Below, piece after piece: positions 53,937 to 64,000 of a DNA stretch of 64,000 nucleotides (position 1 is the first letter of the stretch; each line of letters starts with the position of its first letter). The notes under the pieces were generated by a model. It was not told the DNA's origin. It did no database searches and worked only from the letters and a program-made list of their open reading frames with translations. Both the position numbers and the translations under genes were made by a program. The stretch covers positions 24,344-88,343 of the forward strand of contig JABMQZ010000178.1 in assembly GCA_013202965.1 (NCBI GenBank), read 5' to 3'. Origin of the DNA: Bacteroidota bacterium (lineage in GTDB: Bacteria; Bacteroidota; Bacteroidia; Bacteroidales; B18-G4).

Positions 53937-55906
53937 TGAAAAAATCAATTTATACCATTTTAGCTGCCTTCAGCGGATTGTTGATGATGAGCAATGTACT
54001 CTATGCAGATGAGTATAAACTGCTTTCACCCGACGGGAAGATCAGGCTTGAAGTGAACACAGATGACAAAGTTGCCTACGCTGTATATTACGGTGAGCGC
54101 ATGATCATCTCCCCATCACAGATCTCTTTACATACCGAAAGACATGGTGGCTTCGGGATTAAGCCTGGGGTGAAGTCTGTGAAAAGAAGATCTGTTGACC
54201 AGCTGATCAGCCCGGTGGTGAGACAAAAATCAGCGGAAGTCAGAGACCATTTTAATGAGCTTAGTATAAGTTTTAAAGGAAAATATTCGCTTATTTTCAG
54301 GGCATATGATGAAGGTGTTGCCTACCGTTGGGAAAGCAGCATTAAAGATGAATTGATCGTGCTCACAGAAGAGGCCAGCTTCAGCTTTCCGGATAATTAT
54401 CTGGTGTTTTTTCCCGAAGAAGAGCGCTTATTTACCCATCAGGAAAGGGAATACCTGTATATCCCCCTGGAAGAGATCACCTTTGATCGTTTCTCATCCA
54501 TTCCACTGCTCGTAGATGTTAGCGGAGGGCCGAAAGTGCTCATCACGGAAGCTGACCTGCAGGACTATCCCGGCATGTATTTGCAGGGTGATCCTGATGC
54601 CTTCACTTTAAGAGGAAAATTTCCACGTTTTGTTCTGGAAGAGGAAAAGAAAAACGACAGGGATATCGTCCCGGTGAAAAGAGCCGATTATATTGCAAAG
54701 GTGAATGGGGAGCGCACTTTCCCCTGGCGGGTGATCGCCATTGCAGGTGAAGACAAGGAACTTCTTGCCAACCAGATGGTCTTCCTCTTATCGGAACCCT
54801 GCAAGATAGAAGACCCATCCTGGATCAAGCCCGGGAAAGTAGCCTGGGACTGGTGGAATTTCAACAATATTTACGGGGTGAACTTTGAAGCAGGGATCAA
54901 TACTGAAACCTATAAATACTATATTGATTTTGCGGCTGCAAATAATATTGATTATATCATCCTGGATGAGGGCTGGTATGAGCTAGGGGATCTGACAGAA
55001 ATCAATCAGGAAATTAATATGGAGGAATTGCTGGCCTACGGAAAAGAAAAAGGCGTAGGGATCATCCTTTGGGTGATTTGGAAAACGCTGGATGATCAGC
55101 TCGGGGAGGTGATGCCCTTGTTTGAGGAATGGAGTATAGCCGGCCTGAAGATAGACTTTATGCAGCGTGACGACCAATGGATGGTAGACTATTACTGGAG
55201 AATTGCTGAAGAGGCTGCCACAAGAAAATTCCTCATTGATTTCCACGGAAGCTATAAACCTGCAGGACTGCATCGCACCTGGCCCAATGTGATCACACGT
55301 GAAGGCGTGCGTGGCATGGAATGGTGCAAGTGGAGCGACAAGGCCACACCTGAAATGGCTGTTACCCTGCCATTCATAAGGATGTTTGCTGGTCCGATGG
55401 ATTATACGCCGGGGGCCATGCTTAATGCTACCAAAGAGGACTTTGAAGCTATTTTTGCTACGCCTATGAGCCAGGGCACAAGAGCCCAGCAACTTGCCAT
55501 GTATGTGGTATTCGAAAGCCCGCTGCAGATGCTGGCCGATAACCCCACCCATTATATGAAAGAAGCGGAATGTATGCAATTCCTGTCGAAGGTTCCGGTG
55601 GTTTGGGATGAAACGGTGGTGCTGGACGGAAAAGTTGGCGACTTTGTTGTTGTGGCCAGGCGAAACGGCTACGAATGGTACATTGGTGCAATGACCGACT
55701 GGGATGCCAGGGAACTGGAAATTGACCTTTCTTTCCTGGGCGACAGGAAATTTGAGGCCACAATCTGGAAAGATGGGCCTAATGCCCACAGGAATGCACA
55801 GGATTTTATAAAAGAAAGCATTATCGTTGATAAGAATACAAAACTTGAGATTAAGCTGGCTCCGGGAGGGGGATGGGCTTGTATACTGTCAATTGTGAAA
55901 ATGTAG
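53936..55906 (+). CDS. GH97 alpha-glycosidase (alpha-glucosidase/alpha-galactosidase family)
   Basis: 656 aa with a signal peptide. GLKIDFMQRDDQ, DFHGSYKPAGLHRTWPNVITREGVRGME and FAGPMDYTPG are typical GH97 blocks. Confidence 0.88.
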   Translation: MKKSIYTILAAFSGLLMMSNVLYADEYKLLSPDGKIRLEVNTDDKVAYAVYYGERMIISPSQISLHTERHGGFGIKPGVKSVKRRSVDQLISPVVRQKSAEVRDHFNELSISFKGKYSLIFRAYDEGVAYRWESSIKDELIVLTEEASFSFPDNYLVFFPEEERLFTHQEREYLYIPLEEITFDRFSSIPLLVDVSGGPKVLITEADLQDYPGMYLQGDPDAFTLRGKFPRFVLEEEKKNDRDIVPVKRADYIAKVNGERTFPWRVIAIAGEDKELLANQMVFLLSEPCKIEDPSWIKPGKVAWDWWNFNNIYGVNFEAGINTETYKYYIDFAAANNIDYIILDEGWYELGDLTEINQEINMEELLAYGKEKGVGIILWVIWKTLDDQLGEVMPLFEEWSIAGLKIDFMQRDDQWMVDYYWRIAEEAATRKFLIDFHGSYKPAGLHRTWPNVITREGVRGMEWCKWSDKATPEMAVTLPFIRMFAGPMDYTPGAMLNATKEDFEAIFATPMSQGTRAQQLAMYVVFESPLQMLADNPTHYMKEAECMQFLSKVPVVWDETVVLDGKVGDFVVVARRNGYEWYIGAMTDWDARELEIDLSFLGDRKFEATIWKDGPNAHRNAQDFIKESIIVDKNTKLEIKLAPGGGWACILSIVKM

Positions 55907-55943
55907 AACATATAAGTATTCATTGCCAATCGAAGAATCTGGC

Positions 55944-55951
55944 TAAATTTG
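55944..55951 (+). promoter_or_regulatory. Candidate -7 promoter box (TAAATTTG) of the permease/nucleotidyltransferase/kinase operon
   Basis: Matches TAnnTTTG, 34 nt upstream of the ATG at 55985. An ATTG lies 18 nt upstream as a possible -33 element. Confidence 0.4.
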
Positions 55952-55984
55952 TACGCCTGAATATTCAAAAAACTAAATATCTCA

Positions 55985-57253
55985 ATGGAAGACAGAAGAA
56001 AAGATTACCTGATCCCAATCATTATTATAGGATTTCTGTTCTTTATTTTTGGCTTTGTTACCTGGCTGAATGCTACATTGATCCCGTATTTAAGGATTGC
56101 CTGTGAATTAACTGCTTTTGAATCTTTCTGGGTGACCTTCGCCTTCTATATTTCCTACTTTGTGATGGCTCTTCCTTCATCTGTAGTACTCAATAAAACA
56201 GGCTTCAAAAACGGGATGTCGATCGGCCTGGTCACCATGGCCATCGGAGCACTCGTATTTATTCCTGCCGCCATGACAAGAACCTATGGATTGTTCCTTA
56301 CCGGCCTTTTTGTACAGGGTACCGGCCTGGCCATCCTGCAAACCGCTTCGAACCCCTATGTAACTATCCTGGGCCCAATCGAAAGTGCTGCAAAACGTAT
56401 CAGCATTATGGGTGTGGCCAATAAGTTTGCGGGCATACTCAGCCCTGTCATTCTCGGTGCCATTCTATTGGCGGGAGTTGATGATCTGGTTGTGCAGATA
56501 GAAGAAATGGATATGGTGTCAAAAGCAATAGCCCTTGATGACCTTGCCCTGAAAGTCATTAATCCATATATTGTTATGGCAATAGCATTGTTTCTGCTGG
56601 CCGGACTGGTGCGTTTTTCATCACTGCCTGACATAGATACCGAAGAAGAACATGATGACGGAACTCAAACGGCAAGAACAAGTATCTGGCAGTTTCCCTA
56701 TCTGCTACTTGGTGTAATTACGATATTCGTATATGTTGGTGTGGAAGTGGTCGCTGTAGACACTCTGATCGGCTATGGAAACTTCCTGGGCTTTGAATTT
56801 GCTGAAGCCAAATTTTTCGCCTCCTTCACACTATTTGCCATGATCGTGGGATATTTTATCGGCATCATCACGATTCCAAAATATATATCTCAGGCAAACG
56901 CTCTTAAGTATTTTGCTATGCTTGGAGTGGTCTTTACAATTATTGCAAGCATGACTGATGGCTATACATCTATCCTTATGATCGCAGCCCTGGGATTTGC
57001 AAATTCCATTATGTGGCCGGCCATCTGGCCCCTTGCCATCGAAGGACTTGGTAAATTTATCAAGATAGGCTCAGCCCTGTTGGTCATGGGAATTGCCGGA
57101 GGTGCTTTGCTTCCGCTTCTATACGGTTATTTAGCAGATGTAGGATCGGTTGGCGCGACCCAGGCCTATTGGATCATGCTTCCCTGCTACTTGTTTATTT
57201 TGTTTTTTGCAGTCAAAGGACATAAAATTGGTAAATCCATTCAGAAAAGATAA
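55985..57253 (+). CDS. MFS sugar permease, FucP/GluP (FHS) family (paralog of 43705..45084)
   Basis: 422 aa. FIFGFVTWLNATLIPYLR and LQTASNPYVTILGP parallel the motifs of the first permease. Confidence 0.88.
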   Translation: MEDRRKDYLIPIIIIGFLFFIFGFVTWLNATLIPYLRIACELTAFESFWVTFAFYISYFVMALPSSVVLNKTGFKNGMSIGLVTMAIGALVFIPAAMTRTYGLFLTGLFVQGTGLAILQTASNPYVTILGPIESAAKRISIMGVANKFAGILSPVILGAILLAGVDDLVVQIEEMDMVSKAIALDDLALKVINPYIVMAIALFLLAGLVRFSSLPDIDTEEEHDDGTQTARTSIWQFPYLLLGVITIFVYVGVEVVAVDTLIGYGNFLGFEFAEAKFFASFTLFAMIVGYFIGIITIPKYISQANALKYFAMLGVVFTIIASMTDGYTSILMIAALGFANSIMWPAIWPLAIEGLGKFIKIGSALLVMGIAGGALLPLLYGYLADVGSVGATQAYWIMLPCYLFILFFAVKGHKIGKSIQKR

Positions 57254-57255
57254 AT

Positions 57256-58161
57256 ATGAAACCTGCATTGCTTATACTTGCCGCAGGCATCGGCAGCCGC
57301 TACGGTGGAATAAAACAAATGGATACACTTGGCCCCGGAGGGGAAAGCATTATCGATTATTCTGTTTATGATGCCATCAGGGCAGGATTTGGGGAAATAG
57401 TCTTCGTAATCAATAAAAAGATCGAAAAAGATTTCAGGGAGGTGTGGGAGCCAAAACTAGATGCTAAGGCTGATTGTTCTTTTGTGATCCAGGATCCGGA
57501 AGACCTTCCAAACGGCTTTAAATTACCCGCTGACAGGCTCAAGCCCTGGGGTACGGGACAGGCAGTTCTGGCAGCACGTCACGAGATCAATACTCCTTTT
57601 GCAGTAGTCAATGCGGATGATTTCTATGGAAGGGAATCTTATCAGCTTATTTATGATTTCCTGACAGGCAATACTGACGAAAAGGCCTGTTGCATGGTTG
57701 GATATCACCTGCTTAATACGCTGTCTGAATATGGTACTGTTTCCAGGGGAGTCTGTGAATTTAACGATCGGCATTATCTCAGCAAGATCAGCGAGATCAC
57801 CAATATTGAGAAAAGGGGAGAAGGTATCGGTTTTGAATCCCCGGCCGGACAATTTAACAATCTCGACGGGCATTCTCTCATCTCAATGAATATCTGGGGC
57901 TTTACACCGCTCGTAATGGATTATCTTGAATCTGGCTTTGTAAGGTTTCTTGAGTCAAACATTGCAAATGATAAGGCCGAATATTACCTGCCCGGCAGGC
58001 TTAATGAACTGGTAAATGATGGCCTCATGACTGTGAAAATGCTTGAAACTGCATTCAAATGGTTTGGGGTTACATACAAGGAAGATAAAGACGAAACCAT
58101 TGACAGGATCAACCAAATGGTTTCAAATGGGGAATACCCTTTGTATTTATGGGAAAAATGA
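57256..58161 (+). CDS. Sugar-1-phosphate nucleotidyltransferase (NTP_transferase fold)
   Basis: 301 aa with the N-terminal G-rich loop LILAAGIGSRYGGIKQ, plus KPWGTGQAV and VVNADDFYG. There is a 2 nt gap from the permease gene and an overlap with the kinase gene. Confidence 0.8.
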   Translation: MKPALLILAAGIGSRYGGIKQMDTLGPGGESIIDYSVYDAIRAGFGEIVFVINKKIEKDFREVWEPKLDAKADCSFVIQDPEDLPNGFKLPADRLKPWGTGQAVLAARHEINTPFAVVNADDFYGRESYQLIYDFLTGNTDEKACCMVGYHLLNTLSEYGTVSRGVCEFNDRHYLSKISEITNIEKRGEGIGFESPAGQFNNLDGHSLISMNIWGFTPLVMDYLESGFVRFLESNIANDKAEYYLPGRLNELVNDGLMTVKMLETAFKWFGVTYKEDKDETIDRINQMVSNGEYPLYLWEK

Positions 58162-59243
58162 TGAAAAAATTCGATTTTGTATCAATTTTGAAAGCCTTCG
58201 GAATTGACCCTGACCTAAGCAACATAAAGGAATTTCACAGAGGTCATATCAACGATTCATTTATCCTGGAGGTGGAACAAAAAAGTTATTTCTTTCTCCA
58301 GCGGATCAATCACCATGTCTTCAAGGACCCTGAAGCTTTGATGGAAAACCTGGTGAAGGTGTATATCGCTTTGAATAAGCATTACGGGGGCAGTGCGAAC
58401 AATCCGTTTCCCGGGATCCATCAAGGAGAAAATAATAAGCAGTTCTATTGCGACCATGATGGCAATTACTGGAGGGTGATGGATTATGTTCCGGACAGCC
58501 GTTCGTTTAATATAGCCGAAAATGTTGAAATTGCCAGGAAGGGAGCCGCTGCCTTCGGCTTATTCCAACTTGCCATCATGGAGGAAGACCCTGAAGGATA
58601 CATTCCTACCATACCGAATTTTCATCACCTCGGAATGAGGTTGGAGCAACTGAAGGATGCTCTTGAAAAAGATGCATTAAAAAGAAGCCGGATTGCACAA
58701 AGGGAGATAGACTTTGCCCTTGAAAGGATGAAATACGGAGAACAATTGGCGGAACTGCTTCGAAAAAAGATCATCCCCGTACGTGTGACACATAACGACA
58801 CCAAGCTCAACAATGTACTGTTTGAAAACAATAGCATAAAAAGCATTTGTGTAGTTGACCTTGATACAGTGATGCCCGGTACGGTCCTGTATGATTACGG
58901 TGACATGGTACGCACCTTCACCAGCCCGCTTGAAGAGGATGAACCGGATCCGGCGAAAGTTGTATTCAGGGAAGAGATCTTTGAAGCCCTGACAGAAGGC
59001 TATCTTTCGGAACTGGGTGGCAGCCTGACGAAAGAAGAAAAAGAACATTTGCTTTTCGGAGCCAAAATAATGCTTTTGATGATCGGAGCCCGTTTTCTGA
59101 CCGACTTTCTGGAAGGAGATCATTATTTTAAAACCACCCGTGAAAATCATAACCTCGACCGCTGCAGAAACCAGTTTATCCTCCTCAGACAACTCGAGGA
59201 AAAAGAAAATGAACTACAGGAGATCATTAGCAAATACTCCTGA
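58149..59243 (+). CDS. N-acetylhexosamine 1-kinase-like phosphotransferase (NahK/APH fold)
   Basis: 364 aa. RVTHNDTKLNNVLF and VVDLDTVMPG, together with the whole C-terminal half, match my memory of Bifidobacterium NahK. The start may be the ATG at 58158 (an ATGA overlap). Confidence 0.75.
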   Translation: MGKMMKKFDFVSILKAFGIDPDLSNIKEFHRGHINDSFILEVEQKSYFFLQRINHHVFKDPEALMENLVKVYIALNKHYGGSANNPFPGIHQGENNKQFYCDHDGNYWRVMDYVPDSRSFNIAENVEIARKGAAAFGLFQLAIMEEDPEGYIPTIPNFHHLGMRLEQLKDALEKDALKRSRIAQREIDFALERMKYGEQLAELLRKKIIPVRVTHNDTKLNNVLFENNSIKSICVVDLDTVMPGTVLYDYGDMVRTFTSPLEEDEPDPAKVVFREEIFEALTEGYLSELGGSLTKEEKEHLLFGAKIMLLMIGARFLTDFLEGDHYFKTTRENHNLDRCRNQFILLRQLEEKENELQEIISKYS

Positions 59244-59254
59244 TATAAGATTAA

Positions 59255-62401
<3,147 letters not shown>

Positions 62402-62433
62402 TCTCAGGTTTCAAAGAACTTAATTTAATTATT

Positions 62434-62608
62434 TAAACCTTGAGTCCCCTCCGAAAACATAAAAACTATAAAATGCCACTAAGATACCAAGGCTCACAAA
62501 ACAGTGCTAATGAGTAATTTAACATTTGTGAGCCTTCGTGTCTTTGTCCCGAAAGCTTTCGGGATGGTGGCAAGAAAGATACTTTTCGGAGTGGACTCAA
62601 CCTTAAAA
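62434..62608. repeat. Composite inverted-repeat element (MITE-like or structured RNA) in the GH2/GH92 intergenic region
   Basis: The arms pair at ttgagtcccctccgaaaa / ttttcggagtggactcaa, at gccact / ggtggc, and at aagataccaaggctcacaaa / tttgtgagccttcgtgtctt. The right arm carries a nested 18 nt perfect palindrome, tcccgaaagctttcggga (62547-62564). Confidence 0.7.
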
Positions 62609-62621
62609 TTTAAAATTGAAA

Positions 62622-64000
62622 ATGAAGTATAAAATAATCTTCCTGCTATCCATTGTCTTTCTGCTAACGGCATGTAAAAATGATGAAGTCAGAACAGTTT
62701 CCGATTATGTTGATCCCTTTATCGGAACAGGAGGCCATGGCCATACCTATCCGGGTGCCATGGTACCTTTCGGTATGGTGCAACTGAGCCCTGATACAAG
62801 GAAAGATAACTGGGATGCCTGTTCGGGTTATCACTACAGCGATTCAAAGATATTTGGTTTCAGCCATACACACTTGAGCGGAACCGGCGTTGGCGACTAT
62901 GGAGATATCAGATTGCTGCCATGGTCAGGCGATCTGTATCCGGTGATTGAGAAGTATAAGGCCGGGGAATTACCGTATGCCGGATTCTCTCATAATGATG
63001 AGGAAGCAACACCAGGCTACTACAGTGTTGAACTGGAGATTGTTGATGCAGATATTGATGTTGAGCTAAGTGTTGGAAAAAGGTGTGGATTGCACAAATA
63101 TTCTTTTGAGGATGAAGATGACAAATCCATACTGCTGGATCTGTACGAAGGTGCTACATCAGATAAGATACTACAACTCGAACTCAATATTGTTAATGAT
63201 CACACCATCTCCGGATTAAAACGCACCGATGGTTGGTCTGATGACCAATATGTCTATTTCTACGCCGTTTTTTCCAAGCCATTTATTGATGTTCAGGTTT
63301 TTGAGGAAGGTGAAATGCTGGAAGGTGTTTCATTCACTTCTGAAAAAGATATGAAAGCTATTTTCAGCTTCAGTGATGATGCAGGTGAGGAGCTTATGCT
63401 TAAGCTTGGTATTTCTGCCGTGGATGTGGATGGCGCCAGGAAAAATCTAGAATCAGAAATTCCTGCATGGGATTTTGACGGCCTCAGACAAAAAGCCCAT
63501 GATTCCTGGGATCAGGAGTTGGGCAGGATAGAAGTGGAAGGAGGGACCTTTGAGCAAAAAGTAACTTTTTATACTGCATTGTATCATTCATTTCTTGCAC
63601 CTTACTTATATTCTGATGTGGATGGCCGTTATCGCGGGCACGATATGCAGGTACATCAGACTGATGGCTTTGAAATGTATACCGTCTTCTCGCTCTGGGA
63701 TACCTTCAGGGCTCTGCATCCCCTCTTTACCATTGTTCAGCAGGACAGAACAAATGACCTGATCAGCTCCATGCTTGATATGTATGATAAAGGAGGGCTT
63801 CTTCCGGTTTGGGAGCTTGCAGCCAATGAAACAGGGTGCATGATAGGTTATCATTCCATTCCGGTGATTGCAGATGCCTATGCAAAAGGAATTCGTGACT
63901 ATGATGTTGACCTGGCGTATGAAGCCATGAAAAAGAGTAGCATGCAGGATCAGGAAGGCCTGCAATACTATCGGAAATCTGGCTATATCCCTGCCGGGAT
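62622..64000 (+). CDS. GH92 alpha-mannosidase, N-terminal part (3' end outside window; lipoprotein)
   Basis: My own translation from the ATG at 62622 gives MKYKIIFLLSIVFLLTACKNDE...YVDPFIGTGGHGHTYPGAMVPFGMVQLSPDT, the canonical GH92 N-terminal block. The frame is open to the window end, so it is not listed in the ORF track. Confidence 0.88.
   Translation, partial: MKYKIIFLLSIVFLLTACKNDEVRTVSDYVDPFIGTGGHGHTYPGAMVPFGMVQLSPDTRKDNWDACSGYHYSDSKIFGFSHTHLSGTGVGDYGDIRLLPWSGDLYPVIEKYKAGELPYAGFSHNDEEATPGYYSVELEIVDADIDVELSVGKRCGLHKYSFEDEDDKSILLDLYEGATSDKILQLELNIVNDHTISGLKRTDGWSDDQYVYFYAVFSKPFIDVQVFEEGEMLEGVSFTSEKDMKAIFSFSDDAGEELMLKLGISAVDVDGARKNLESEIPAWDFDGLRQKAHDSWDQELGRIEVEGGTFEQKVTFYTALYHSFLAPYLYSDVDGRYRGHDMQVHQTDGFEMYTVFSLWDTFRALHPLFTIVQQDRTNDLISSMLDMYDKGGLLPVWELAANETGCMIGYHSIPVIADAYAKGIRDYDVDLAYEAMKKSSMQDQEGLQYYRKSGYIPAG

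Noticed and set aside
54983-55789. 268 aa minus-strand ORF inside GH97 (also 55464..55763 and 55669..55968)
   Set aside because: It is antisense to the GH97 coding sequence, whose motifs are unambiguous. The product is Pro/Gly/His-rich with no family resemblance.
63606-63965. 119 aa minus-strand ORF near the window end
   Set aside because: It lies antisense within the open GH92 reading frame, which starts at 62622 and carries the canonical DPFIGTGGHGHTYPGA block.

Overview
This 64 kb window looks like a core chromosomal segment of a Bacteroidota genome. That assignment is an inference from four type IX secretion (T9SS) C-terminal sorting domains, TAnnTTTG-type -7 promoter boxes, a dcw cluster without murF, and the glycoside hydrolase (GH) repertoire. 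No rRNA, tRNA, CRISPR array, transposase, integrase or phage genes were recognised.

Layout:
- 1-16 kb: four T9SS cargo genes mixed with housekeeping genes. These are metK, a gldA-like ABC ATPase, the rplM-rpsI and rpsB-tsf ribosomal genes, and yqeY.
- 15.9-31.2 kb, minus strand: a complete dcw cell-division and cell-wall cluster, in the order mraZ-rsmH-ftsL-ftsI-murE-mraY-murD-ftsW-murG-murC-ftsQ-ftsA-ftsZ.
- 31.5-39.4 kb: a GlsA/GlsB-like N-acyl amino acid lipid gene pair, engB, an acyl-CoA carboxyltransferase with a biotin carrier, a YjbR-family gene and mutS2.
- 39.5-64 kb, all plus strand: a roughly 24 kb glycan catabolic cluster with an N-glycan-type enzyme set. It encodes GH2 beta-mannosidase, glycosylasparaginase, GH20, GH97, a GH2 beta-galactosidase and GH92. 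It also encodes an unassigned 902 aa GH-like protein and a GH3 remnant that lacks its catalytic barrel. No SusC/SusD pair is visible; instead there are two MFS sugar permeases and an embedded permease / nucleotidyltransferase / NahK-like kinase operon.

Observations most worth follow-up:
- A textbook-looking MraZ operator: three exact 10 bp direct repeats upstream of mraZ.
- A family of period-7 tandem arrays joined to GC-rich hairpins at gene 3' ends. Two near-identical copies bracket a single T9SS cargo gene lying between ftsZ and yqeY.
- An 11-unit octamer array in a divergent promoter region.
- A perfect 32 bp palindrome between mutS2 and cutC.
- A roughly 170 bp composite inverted-repeat element.
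- The predicted HexNAc-to-NDP-HexNAc salvage operon and the unusual GH-like proteins.

All family calls come from motif recognition by eye. No database search was possible.
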